Assembly: GCA_950097015.1 (NCBI GenBank)
Contig: CATNEN010000033.1
Location: forward strand, 2,170,001 to 2,234,000
Source of the DNA: Macrostomum hystrix
Lineage: Eukaryota; Animalia; Platyhelminthes
Direction of reading: 5' to 3'
DNA length: 64,000 nucleotides
Shown: positions 1-13,025 of the stretch, one piece after another
Layout: every line of letters starts with the position of its first letter
Position numbering within the stretch: the first letter of the stretch is position 1
Made by a program: the position numbers and the translations under genes
The notes under the pieces: generated by a model
What the model was told of the DNA's origin: nothing
What the model saw: only the letters and a program-made list of their open reading frames with translations
Databases searched by the model: none

Positions 1-279
1 GCAGGTGTGCAGCCTCTCATCTGCTTCATCTCCGCTGAATTGCGTCACAGTGCCAAGCAAATTAAGCCTTCGATAGCAGCAGGTGCCCCACCCACCCAAC
101 CACCAACCTTTCATTTCTGAGATCCCTTTGACCCATCAGCAAAGATTCCGCTGCTACAACGGCCCATTGTCTAATACGATCTGTCAAACCTCATTTAACT
201 GGAAAATTTGACATACAGACTTGCTGAGGGATAACAGAACAACTGCTTGTGGAGCCTCATTTAGATGCTCCCACAACCG

Positions 280-531
280 ATCTCACCCTGTCCTATCTCA
301 CCCTGTCCTATCTCACCCTGTCCTATCTCACCCTGTCCTATCTCACCCTGTCCTATCTCACCCTGTCCTATCTCACCCTGTCCTATCTCACCCTGTCCTA
401 TCTCACCCTGTCCTATCTCACCCTGTCCTATCTCACCCTGTCCTATCTCACCCTGTCCTATCTCACCCTGTCCTATCTCACCCTGTCCTATCTCACCCTG
501 TCCTATCTCACCCTGTCCTATCTCACCCTGT
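280..531. repeat. 15-bp minisatellite (ATCTCACCCTGTCCT)n, ~17 near-perfect copies
   Basis: Perfect 15-bp periodicity; explains the HPVLS/YLTLS/GQGEI ORFs in several frames. Confidence 0.97.
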
Positions 532-1199
532 TCCATCTCCTTCCATCTCGCATTCTCCTATTCCATCACATGTTAGCCAGCTATCTAGCCACAATGCTTA
601 TTATGCTCATGTTCTCATCCGTTTAAGTCCAATTAGGCAGCCTGAGCGCAGATCGCAACACCGAACCGGCCCCGGGCCGTGTGGAAACCAGCCGGGTCTC
701 ACGCGCAGCGCAGATCGTGCGTCGGAGAAGGTGCCAACAAAAATTGCGACAACAACCAACAAGTAATTCGTGGTGGTCAACCAGCGCTGTTTACCCAGCC
801 CATTATGGCTTAATGGCATGGCGACTGCAATCTCTTACCTGGGTATGACCTAACAAGGGAGACACCTTTAATCTCTGGCGCAATCAAAACATTAGACCCA
901 CAACCCACCGCACTCAAGACCCGACCGCGGCCTCATAATTCCTCTCGAAGTGGATCAGGCAATCAATGAGGTGAACCACTCCGTCTATTGTTTCCCGACT
1001 GCTCATGTTGACTTCTCATTGCGCAGACACCGCGCTGCGGTTTGACAAGGCGCCAGTTTGGCCACTTGTTGCTGTGCGACCACTTCTCAGGCTTCGCTTT
1101 TCCTTTTTGCTCAAATCTTGTTTGCTTTGTTTGGGATCCATGTCCCTTCTAAGTGTCTCCACTCCCATCTCATTTCTCCTAGTCTTACCTCTTCAATCT

Positions 1200-1730
1200 G
1201 CCCTCTCACATCTCCCCTCTCCCCTCTCCACACCTTACTCTACCCTTTCTTCTCTCCCATCTCCCATCTCACCTCTCCCCTCACCCATCTCCCCTCTCCC
1301 AATTTCCCATCGCCCATCTATCCTCTCCCCTTCTCCCATCTCCCCTCTCCCATCTCCCATCTCCCCTCTCCCATCTCCCATCTCCCCTCTCCCATCTCCC
1401 ATCTCCCCTCTCCCATCTCCCATCTCCCCTCTCCCATCTCCCATCTCCCCTCTCCAATCGCTCCTCTCCCCTAGCCCATCTCCCCACTCAAATCTCCGCT
1501 CTCCTATCTCCCTCTCCCCACTCCAATATACCCTCTCCCCTCTCCCATCTCCCATCTCCCATCTCCCATCTCCCCACCCCCAATCTTCCCTCGCCCATCT
1601 ACCCTCTCCCCTCTCCCATCTCCCCTTTCCCTATTTCCGTTTTCCCTATATTCCCTCTCCAAGGTCCCTCTAAAAAAATTCCTCTTTCGCCTTTCTCTCT
1701 CTCCTCTCTCCTAATCTCCCCTTTCGCAAC
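1200..1730. repeat. Pyrimidine-rich tract with 21-bp core (CTCCCATCTCCCATCTCCCCT)n
   Basis: Plus strand almost only C/T; regular 21-bp units at ~1337-1445 with degenerate flanks. Confidence 0.9.
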
Positions 1731-3529
1731 TCATCTCTCCCCTCAAAGCAACCATAGTGAAACACTGACAGCTCTGCTGACCCATATTATCAACCCGAGA
1801 CTGTCTTCACAACAATGAATCGCTTGCAGGAGAGATGTTGCAAATTGTTGCTAAGCCGGCCGTAAAATCGTTGAAAGTCTAGCGATTAAAAGTCAGCGAT
1901 AAGGCGATAAGAAGTTTTGGAGAGAAGTAGTGATGCAATCATCGGCCCGGGTGGGTCTCTGTGACCCGGAGGACACCACAGCGCCTCAGGGTCGGGTTGG
2001 TGACAGGAATGAACGAAGCGGTGGGACACGGCAACAGCAGACTGCATTGGGTGGCCAGTCAAACTAAGTTTAAAATTCGCAGCCTTTAGCGAGAATAAGA
2101 AATGGCTCCTTCACACATTGCAGCTAATTCTTTGTTGACATTTGAATAAAATTCCATTACAATTCGGATCAGTTTGACAAAATGCGATAACAATAGGCTG
2201 GGTGACAATTCGCGGCTCACTCTCCATGGGCGTCGTGCATGTTCGAATAGACAGGAATTTTCAACGTGCCCAAGTAGATTAAAATGGACTAAAATTAAAA
2301 CACATAATATGTTATCTATGCAGGGATTATATAGTTTTTAATTTATTGTTTTAATAAGACCTGCTTTCTCCAGTTGGACTGAATTTTAGCTTCGATTTTC
2401 GACTTAGGAAATAAATATAAAAAAGCTCGCCTGACTCACACGGCGGGGGCCATTGTGGATTTAGCCAGTCATGGGGGTTCGGTTGCGCCATTGCGCAGTG
2501 ACGCAACAATGCTTCGCAGGGACGCAGTGTGTCCTTTCTGTCACGCAATACCTGGGCGGATGGGCCAAATTTGGGGAACAAGCAAAAAAGCGAAAACCGA
2601 CTTAAATTGGAAAGCAAGTTTGGACAGGCGAAAAAATCAACAATTTGTGTTTGGAGATCCGGCCCCGTCCGGGGGCCAAACACACAGATGGCCGGGCCAC
2701 CCCATCCTCCACTATTCGATCTTCAGGTGGGCACCTGCGGTGATTTCGTTGTTAAGCAGCTGGGCCGGGTCCGGCGCCTAAAAGAATGTTTCAAAATTGT
2801 TATGCCTGCCCTGAGATTTGTGCCCGAGCTCTTCACCCAACCCTACACCTGAGGTGCCAGTTAAAAGGGCCGAAGGAGTTTTGAGTCACCCAACTCACAA
2901 TTGACAAATTGTGAAGTGGCTGCCACTTGAAGTCTTGGGGCTGGCCTGTTTTGGGCTCCTCCCATTGCTTGCTGCCGGCTGGACAAAGCTTGAGTTTGAC
3001 CCTGCCGAGCCTTATTATCTAATGGGAGCACACACGCACTCACAAAAGGCCGTCTGGCTCTTTTGCAACAATGAAAAGCAAAATAATGAACTCATGCTTA
3101 AACGGATGTAATGTTTAATCAGTGTAGGCCCATCCATGGCATTGCAAATTCTCGGTATTTGCTTTTGCTATTTGATTTTGAAGAAGAAAAGTTCTAGGCC
3201 AAGGAATCCCATTATTTTATTTGTTATTGTTTCAACTTTTCTGCCATTGTTAAATAAATTTAAAAGGCTTGACTTTTTGTCTTTTTGTCAAAGTTGACAC
3301 AGTGGAATGGGGTCGGGTCGTAAATTTTCTAACTTAGGATTTTAATTTTCTGATCTTAGGATTCGGGGATGTGAAAATTTATCCGCGTATCTAGAATTGG
3401 GATTAAGAATTGGGATATGATATTCAGATTTAGTTACAATTCGGATTATAACTTAAGATTAAGAATAGGTATCTAATTTTAGGATTTGGGATGTCATATT
3501 GTGGTTTAGATTTGTAATCTGATACTGGG

Positions 3530-5440
3530 ATTAAGAACTAGGATCTGATACTGGGATCCAGATTTGGGATCTGATGCTGAGATTTGGATTTGGGATCTGA
3601 AATTGGGATTTCGAACTGGGATCTGATGCTGGGATTTAGATTTGGGATCTGAAATTGGGATTTAGAACTGGGATCTGATGCTGGGATTTAGATTTGGGAT
3701 CTGATGCTGAGATTTAGATTTGGGATCTGATGCTGGGATTTAGATTTGGGATCTAATACTGGGATCTAGAACTGGGATCTGATACTGGGATCCCGAACTG
3801 GGATCTGATACTGAGATCTCGAACTGGGATCTGATACTGGGATTTAGATTTGGGATCTAATACTGGGATCTAGAACTGGGATCTGATACTGGGATCTCGA
3901 ACTGGGATCTGATACTGGGATCTAGAACTGGGATCTGATAATGGGATCTCGAAATGGGATCTGATACTGGGATCTTGAAATGGGATCTGATACTGGGATC
4001 TAGAACTGGGATCTGATACTGGGATCTCGAACTGGGATCTGATACTGGGATCTCGAACTGGGATCTGATACTGGGATCTAGAACTGGGATCTGATACTGG
4101 GATCTAGAACTGGGATCTGATACTGGGATCTAATGCTGAGATTTGGGATCTGATGCTGAGATTTGGATTTGGGATCTGAAATTGGGATTTCGAACTGGGA
4201 TCTGATGCTGGGATTTAGATTTGGGATCTGAAATTGGGATTTAGAACTGGGATCTGATGCTGGGATTTAGATTTGGGATCTGATGCTGAGATTTAGATTT
4301 GGGATCTGATGCTGGGATTTAGATTTGGGATCTAATACTGGGATCTAGAACTGGGATCTGATACTGGGATCCCGAACTGGGATCTGATACTGAGATTTAG
4401 ATTTGGGATCTGATGCTGGGATTTAGATTTGGGATCTAATACTGGGATCTAGAACTGGGATCTGATACTGGGATCTCGAACTGGGATCTGATACTGGGAT
4501 CTAGAACTGGGATCTGATACTGGGATCTCGAACTGGGATCTGATAGTGGGATCTCGAAATGGGATCTGATACTGGGATCTAGAACTGGGATCTGATACTG
4601 GGATCTCGAACTGGGATCTGATACTGGGATCTAGAACTGGGATCTGATACTGGGATCTAGAACTGGGATCTGATTCTGGGATCTAGAACTGGGATCTGAT
4701 ACTGGGATCTCGAACTGGGATCTGATACTGGTATCTAGAACTGGGATCTGATACTGGGATTTAGAACTGGGATCTGATACTGGGATCTCGAAATGGGATC
4801 TGATACTGGGATCTCGAACTGGGATCTGATACTGGGATCTAGAACTGGGATCTGATACTGGGATCTCGAACTGGGATCTGATACTGGGATCTCGAAATGG
4901 GATCTGATACTGGGATCTAGAACTGGGATCTGATACTGGGATCTCGAACTGGGATCTGATACTGGGATCTCGAACTGGGATCTGATACTGGGATCTCGAA
5001 CTGGGATCTGATACTGGGATCTAGAACTGGGATCTGATACTGGGATCTAGAACTGGGATCTGATACTGGGATCTAGAACTGGGATCTGATACTGGGATCT
5101 CGAACTGGGATCTGATACTGGGATCTAGAACTGGGATCTGATACTGGGATCTAGAACTGGGATCTGATACTGGGATCTCGAACTGGGATCTGATACTGGG
5201 ATCTAGAACTGGGATCTGATACTGGGATCTAGAACTGGGATCTGATACTGGGATCTAGAACTGGGATCTGATACTGGGATCTCGAACTGGGATCTGATAC
5301 TGGTATCTATAACTGGGATCTGATATTGGGATTTAGAACTGGGATCTGATATTGGGATTTAGAACTGGGATCTGATATTGGGATTTAGAACTGGGATCTG
5401 ATACTGGGATCTAGAACTGGGATCTGATACTGGGATCTAT
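3530..5440. repeat. 26-bp minisatellite (CTGGGATCTGATACTGGGATCTAGAA)n made of two CTGGGATCT subunits
   Basis: Visible periodicity; block starting ~3571 recurs at ~4147 (higher-order duplication). Confidence 0.95.
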
Positions 5441-6050
5441 GATCAGATATTGGTATGTATGTGCTAATGCTAAGTACCTCATTGCTAAAATCAGACAATT
5501 TGATTTGAGAATGGTTTTTTAATTGGGATCCGATATGTTAATTCACAACCGGGATCTTTAACGAGTACAGTGACTAATTAATGCGATTATGATTTGAACT
5601 TTTGTTAAATTGTTATCTTCTAGGGAACATTAAGAGGGATTTTACTATGTGAGTACAATTTATGCACTCACTTATTTAGAATTGGCTGAAAGGAAGCAAG
5701 TTCAAGCATTGAAAAGCTTTGGTTATAAAAAATGAAACAAAAAAATACGATTTTTAATTTACACTTATATTTTGTAAGAAATTTACGAAACAAATAATTC
5801 ACAACCCAACCTTCTGGTGCAGCAAAAGTACAAACTGACTGTGCAGCTCGGCAGGCAACAGGTGCCCGCGATTTTTATTCGCAAAGATTTATCGCTAAAA
5901 TAATGAATTTTGCAGCTTCTAAACTGTACAGTGATAGCAATGGAGCACAAAGTTCTCGCGGTTATAAATAAAAAAAGTTAACGCGAAAAATAAGCATCGG
6001 TTCTCAAAGACTTTTGCGAGCAATAAATATGATCGATTGTCTGAATTTCA

Positions 6051-6103
6051 TTAGTAAGCCGCTGCAGATTCAGGACTGTATTTCAGCCTGCCGACGGGTA
6101 CCG

Positions 6104-6140
<37 letters not shown>

Positions 6141-7603
6141 GCTGGTCAGCATTTGGGAGTTCACGCTGTAGTAGGAGGACTGATGCTGCGGCTGCTGCTG
6201 CTGCTGCAGAGGAAGTAGAATCTGTGGCAGCGCCGCCTGCGGTCCGCTGGTGTCCTCAGGTGACTGGCCACGAGAGCCTGACTGCTCGTTCACGAAGGCA
6301 ATAAAGCGGCGGTCCGTCCAGGTGTTGAGGTCCTCGCAGGTCTGCCGCCAGGGCAGCAGGGCGCGCATCGGCAGGCCCTTGTTGCGGAAGGCCTCCCGCA
6401 GGCCGTAGCACATGCCCTCATAGTACAGCAGCCGGTTGACCTCCTCCAGGTAGGGCGGGCCCTCCAGGGCGCGCCGGCGACGCATCTCGGGGCCGCCTAG
6501 GATGTCCCGGCAGCGCTGCAGGACGCAGTACATCAGCAGGTCGGCGTAAACCTCCTCGCTCAGCTGACTGAACTGCTGCGACAGCTGGCGCTCGTCCACG
6601 CGCTTCTTCTCGCGCGACTTCTTGGCGGACAAATTATTGCGCACCCGACGCTTCCAGTAGGCGTCCGACTTCAGGCCGTCCGGCACGCGGCTGGCGGCCC
6701 GACGCGACGACAAGCGGCTGGAGTCGCCGACGCTGCCGTGCGCTGGCTGAACATCGTCATTGTAGCATATCGCATCCTTCGACAAGTCGCTGTCAGCGTC
6801 GTCGCAGATGTCGTTCTCCAGTGAAGGCTCGCTGATGACGCATTGCTGCTGATGCTGCTGCTGCTGCTGCTGTTGGTGGTAGGCTTGGTGCGGCAGGAGG
6901 TACGGCTGCTGATGTGCCTGCTGCTGCAAGCTGACCGCAGGCTGCTGAGCGATGGCGTAGATGCTGTCCAGGTGGCTGACGAAGCTGGGACCTGCAGCAT
7001 TGCGAGCGGCGGCGTACTGCTGAAATGCAACGGGTACCGCTGGTTGGAAGTGCTGCTGCTGCTGCTGCTGCTGTTGGTAGAGAGGCAGATGCTGCTGACT
7101 GTGGTGCTGCAGCGGGTGGACCTGAGTCTGGTCGATGCCCTGAAATGCGGGCTGGTTCAGACAGTATGAGGTTGGCACCACTAGAGTGTCATCGAACCGC
7201 AGGGCCTGTTGCTGGTGCAGGAGCGGCTGCTGCTGCTGCTGCTGCTGCTGGACCTGATGCAGCTGCACCTGCGACTGATGCGACAACTGCAGCTGCTGGT
7301 GCTGATGCTGCTGATGTTGCTGCAGTTGCAATTGTTGGTGCAGCTGCTGCTTCTGAGAAGGCTCTGAGCTCGCTGTCAGTTCAAAGTCGATGGCGTAGCT
7401 GCCAGTCATTTGCATCGCTGAACCTGGAAATGGAGTTCAGGAATCAGGTTTGAGATACTTGGCCATAGAAATGAGTATTTGATTGCAAAGAAAGTTCAGT
7501 GGGCTAGTAAACAAGCAGGCGGTCACATCTGAGAAGTTTGAATATTTGCATCAACTCTCGCAGCACAGGTGAGACCAGGTACCCCCCAGCACTTACCGAA
7601 CAT
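6051..7603 (-). CDS. Poly-Q, PAR/NFIL3-like bZIP transcription factor (main exon 7423-6051; probable 7-nt first coding exon 7603-7597)
   Basis: 454-aa ORF with basic region KSDAYWKRRVRNNLSAKKSREKKR resembling PAR-family KDDKYW.RR.KNN.AAKRSR; CAG runs; GC3-rich codons. Upstream ATGTTCG|GTAAGT donor and TTTCCAG acceptor splice in frame (MFGSAMQM). Confidence 0.8.
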
Positions 7604-8399
7604 GTCTTACGCAGGCGTCGTTGGCGCAACCGAATGTTCCGGTGAGTCTATTGCTGTCTGCTCACTTTCGCTTGGCTAGAAGCACACGCAACTGAAGACA
7701 ATGGCCCTCTCGCGAACTTCGTAATCCAAACTCCGCGGGACTCTCGCTGGACCGGGGCTTTTTAAAAAATATCAACCAAGGGGGGAGTTTCATGCTTTCC
7801 CTGAACAGGACAGCGGGAACCAATGGCTGGACACAATGGCCTCATTGGCTCGCATCTGACAGGGTTTTGGGGTGGGGTTGCGAATTGTATTGCGCAATTA
7901 GTGCTAAGCCCCCCGCCCGAGTGCCAAGGTGAGAAGACTAAAGGTGGCAAAGGTGCGAGCCCCGGGGTGAAGGAGGACTTGGGTGACCAGCTTATATTTT
8001 TCTTTTCTTCTTTGTCCATTGTCCAAGTTCGCAGGTGAGCTTTCTTAACCCCCACTGGCTATTTCTGCTTCAACGCTTGGCTGGATATCTGCTTTTCTGT
8101 GCTGACTCTTTGATAAATAGCCAGCTGACCGAGTCACACAATGACCAGAGGACTTAGGCATGCTCCAAGCCTTCTTTAGTCTAACAATATCAAAGCACAA
8201 GGCAGCTCTGCAGGTTCTGCTTTTGTAAGCAATTTAAACACAGGGCACACAGGATTGAAGACCGATTCGTTCTTACGAGCCTAATGCAACTGGACTGGGA
8301 AATAGAGCTTCGAATTCAACAATGAGATCTAGGAGTAAAGTGCAACATTGGGGAGCAGAATATGAAACATTGGATCGTGGGATCTGTGATTTGAGTATG

Positions 8400-9560
8400 G
8401 GACCTTTGATGGGGCTGTGGCATCAGAGATTTAAGAATGGGATCTGAGAGTTGAGCTTGGGATCAGAGATTTGAGTATATGATTTGAGATTTCATCATGG
8501 GATTTGAGATTGGAATATGGGATTTGAGACTTGAGTAAGGGATCCGAGATTGGAGTGTGGGGATTTAAGATTTGAGCATGGGAACCGAGATTGCAGTATG
8601 GGGATTTGAGATTTGAGCATGGGATCCGAGATTGGAGTGTGGGATTTGAGATTTGAGCATGGGAACCGAGATTGCAGTATGGGGATTTGAGATTTGAGCA
8701 TGGGATCCGAGATTGGAGTGTGGAATTTGAGATTTGAGCATGGGATCTGAGATTGCAGTATGGGGATTTGAGATTGGAGTGTGGGGATTTGAGATTTGAG
8801 CATGGGATCCGAGATTAGAGTGTGGGATCCGAGATTGGAGTGTGGGATTTGAGATTGGAGTGTGGAATTTGAGATTTGAGCATGGGATCTGAGATTGCAG
8901 TATGGGGATTTGAGATTGGAGTGTGGGATCCGAGATTGGAGTGTGGGATTTGAGATTGGAGTGTGGAATTTGAGATTTGAGCATGGGATCTGAGATTGCA
9001 GTATGGGGATTTGAGATTGGATTGTGGGATTTGAGTTTTGAGCATGGGATCCGAGATTGGAGTGTGGGATTTGAGATTTGAGTATGGGATCCGAGATTGG
9101 AGTGTGGGATTTGAGATTTGAGCATGGGATCTGAGATTGCAGTATGGGGATTTGAGATTGGATTGTGGGATTTGAGTTTTGAGCATGGGATCCGAGATTG
9201 GAGTGTGGGATTTGAGATTTGAGTATGGGATCCGAGATTGGAGTGTGGGATTTGAGATTTGAGCATGGGATCCGAGATTGCAGTATGGGAATTTGAGATT
9301 TGAGTATGGGATCCGAGATTGGAGTGTGGGATCCGAGATTGGAGTATGGGATTTGAGATTGATGTCTGGGATCTTAAAGTGAGATCTGAGATCTGACTAA
9401 TTTATTTATGATTTGAGTATTGGATTTCATATTTGAGTTTGGGATCTTGGATTAGACAGTGGCACCGGAGATTCGAGTATTGGAGTGTGGGATCTGAGAA
9501 GTGTGGGATCTCAGAAGTGTGGAATCTCAGAAGTGTGGGATCTGAGAAGTGTGGGATCTA
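8400..9560. repeat. ~20-bp GGGAT(C/T)-GAGATT minisatellite with 41/61-bp higher-order units
   Basis: Alternating GGGATCCGAGATTGGAGTGT and GGGATTTGAGATTTGAGCAT monomers; short GTGGGATCTGAGAA repeat at the 3' end. Confidence 0.92.
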
Positions 9561-10429
9561 AGAAGTCATTACAATGTTTACTAATATTGTAATGTGGGAT
9601 TCGAAAATGAAGAAGATTAGAAAAAAAGTTTTCTAGATAATTTAGATAATCACTAATTTTTGCCAAATTTTCTGAGCAGTGCACTTCATATAGGACTCAT
9701 TTTCGAATTGCTACGAGCTAAATTGATTCCCAAGAAACTCAAATCGCGGTTGTAAATCTTAGATGAGAAAATATTGATATTGGCCAAATTGGACACAGCA
9801 CTGAAATTAATTCTGTCTGACATATCAAAACTTTGGCCCGCATGACAGCGGGATCAACAGGTTAAAAATGGATCTTTCAGATGGACCTATTTTCGTTCCG
9901 AGCCACATTGCGTCAGGCGCCACAATTTGGATTTTATCAATCAGCTGGGATCTGGCCGCGTTTTTCTTTTAATTGACGAACAATGGGATAGATTTTGTTC
10001 GCTGGCGTCACTAGCTGTCCTATTAACCCCAGCCAACCCGCTGGCCCGGTGTCTTAGTGTCGCGCAATCGGGTAATTTGGGGAATTTCTCAATCCATCTG
10101 ACCCCCGGATGTCGCGGGGGGAGCCGCCAGCGATGAAGGCTGCAATTTGCGCTGATCGAGGAGTCAGGACGAGCACCTTAACGGGAGCATTGGGATCTGG
10201 CGTTGAGCTATGAAAGCCCGCCGCCACAGGTAACCGAAATGGCAAGGTATCGGAGGGAGGAGAGTCAGAGATCCCTAATTAGCACCTGCTTGCCTTGCCA
10301 ACCCGGAGCTAACGCCCTTCCAATGGTGCCCAGCGCAATGGTCTGTGGATACTCAAATTTAACTCGGACACATAATGCATTGAGATTGGCATATCACAGT
10401 CGGCATCTACCATGCTATCAAAGTACATC

Positions 10430-12612
10430 TCACAGCTACTCAACATCTCACGGCTACTCAGCATCTCAAAACTATTCAGCATCTCAAAGCTACTCAGCAT
10501 CTCAAAGCTACTCAGCATCTCAAAGCTACGCAGCATCTCAAAGCTACTCAGCATCGAATAGCAACTCAGCATCTCACAGCTACTCAGCATCTCACAGCTA
10601 CTCAGCATCTCACAGCTACTCAACATCTCACGGCTACTCAGCATCTCAAAGCTATTCAGCATCTCACAGCTACTCTGCATCTCAAAGCTATTCAGCATCT
10701 CAAAACTACTCAGCATCTCACAACTACTCAGCATCGAATAGCAACTCAGCATCTCACAGCTACTCAGCATCTCACAGCTACTCAGCATCTCACAGCTACT
10801 CAACATCTCACGGCTACTCAGCATCTCAAAGCTACTCAGCATCTCAAAGCTACTCAGCATCTCAAAGCTACGCAGCATCTCAAAGCTACTCAGCATCTCA
10901 AAACTACTCAGCATCTCAAAGCTACTCAGCATCTCACAGCTACTCAGCATCTCACAACTACTCAGCATCTAACAGCTACTCAGCATCTCACAACTACTCA
11001 GCATCTCACAGCTACTCAGCATCTCACAACTACTCAGCATCTCACAGCTACTCAACATCTCACGGCTACTCAGCATCTCAAAGCTATTCAGCATCTCACA
11101 GCTACTCTGCATCTCAAAGCTATTCAGCATCTCAAAACTACTCAGCATCTCACAACTACTCAGCATCTCACAACTACTCAGCATCTAACAGCTACTCAGC
11201 ATCTCAAAGCTACTGAGCATCTCACAACTACTCAGCATCGAATAGCAACTCAGCATCTCACAACTACTCAGCATCGAATAGCAACTCAGCATCTCACAGC
11301 TACTCAGCATCTCACAACTACTCAGCATCTCACAACTACTCAGCATCTCACAACTACTCAGCATCTCACAACTACTCAGCATCTAACAGCTACTCAGCAT
11401 CTCAAAGCTACTGAGCATCTCACAACTACTCAGCATCGAATAGCAACTCAGCATCTCACAACTACTCAGCATCGAATAGCAACTCAGCATCTCACAGCTA
11501 CTCAGCATCTCACAACTACTCAGCATCTCACAACTACTCAGCATCTCACAACTACTCAGCATCGAATAGCAACTCAGCATCTCACAGCTACTCAGCATCT
11601 CACAACTACTCAGCATCTCACAACTACTCAGCATCTCACAACTACTCAGCATCTCACAGCTACTCAGCATCTCACAGCTACTCAGCATCTCACAGCTACT
11701 CAACATCTCACGGCTACTCAGCATCTCAAAGCTATTCAGCATCTCACAGCTACTCTGCATCTCAAAGCTATTCAGCATCTCAAAACTACTCAGCATCTCA
11801 CAACTACTCAGCATCGAATAGCAACTCAGCATCTCACAGCTACTCAGCATCTCACAACTACTCAGCATCTAACAGCTACTCAGCATCTCACAACTACTCA
11901 GCATCTCACAACTACTCAGCATCTCACAACTACTCCGCATCTCACAGCTACTCAACATCTCACGGCTACTCAGCATCTCAAAGCTATTCAGCATCTCACA
12001 GCTACTCTGCATCTCAAAGCTATTCAGCATCTCAAAACTACTCAGCATCTCACAACTACTCAGCATCTCACAACTACTCAGCATCTAACAGCTACTCAGC
12101 ATCTCAAAGCTACTGAGCATCTCACAACTACTCAGCATCGAATAGCAACTCAGCATCTCACAACTACTCAGCATCGAATAGCAACTCAGCATCTCACAGC
12201 TACTCAGCATCTCACAACTACTCAGCATCTCACAACTACTCAGCATCTCACAACTACTCAGCATCTCACAACTACTCAGCATCTAACAGCTACTCAGCAT
12301 CTCAAAGCTACTGAGCATCTCACAACTACTCAGCATCGAATAGCAACTCAGCATCTCACAACTACTCAGCATCGAATAGCAACTCAGCATCTCACAGCTA
12401 CTCAGCATCTCACAACTACTCAGCATCTCACAACTACTCAGCATCTCACAACTACTCAGCATCGAATAGCAACTCAGCATCTCACAGCTACTCAGCATCT
12501 CAAAACTACTCAGCATCTCACAACTACTCAGCATCTCACAACTACTCAGCATCTCACAACTACTCAGCATCTCACAACTACTCAGCATCTAACAGCTACT
12601 CAGCATCTCAAA
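10430..12612 (+). repeat. 18-bp tandem array (TCAGCATCTCACAGCTAC)n, ~121 units; reads (SASHSY)n in one frame
   Basis: Strict 18-bp period without indels; 198-bp and 900-bp block duplications; four in-frame TGA variants at 11214, 11412, 12114 and 12312. Confidence 0.95.
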
Positions 12613-13025
12613 TGACGATGATCTGCAGGGGTGAAGAGACATGGACATCCAACCGAAAATTGCGTCATTGGACGAGAAAATCTGTCTCTACCTTAGCTGG
12701 CCAACTTCTCAGCTTGACAGGCCTCAATCATTTTGGCCTCACAGTTTAAGCATGGGACACACAGGTCGGCACAAAAAACTCGAGAAATCCCCCAGAGGCC
12801 ATTGACCCCTGCTGGCTGGAATTGCAATCTGCTTCCCCCAGCTCGATCGGTGCCGCTAATCCTTGCGCAATCACGGCGATGGCCCGCGGTGCCACTTTAA
12901 TTGGAATGCTGTCGGATCAGAGCTCTGTGCTCACGTTTAATTTCCTTTTTTTAATTATGGCCCGCTCTAAATAACATTTCATTGGACCTATTTCACGGCC
13001 TGTCCTCAAAGACAGACATTAAATA

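Noticed and set aside
607-1000. Possible minus-strand micro-exon (CCAG|GTAAGA donor near 840) and a 70-aa ORF
   Set aside because: No recognisable protein and no consistent partner exon.
221-1673. ORFs with HPVLS, YLTLS, GQGEI and SPISPLP repeats
   Set aside because: They are translations of 15- and 21-bp tandem repeats open in several frames on both strands; no splice or codon evidence.
2911-3111. 66-aa ORF with a hydrophobic, signal-like N-terminus
   Set aside because: GTG start, short, no codon bias or homology recognisable.
10309-12588. Minus-strand MLSSCE-repeat ORFs
   Set aside because: Antisense reading of the 18-bp array, repeatedly cut by TAG.
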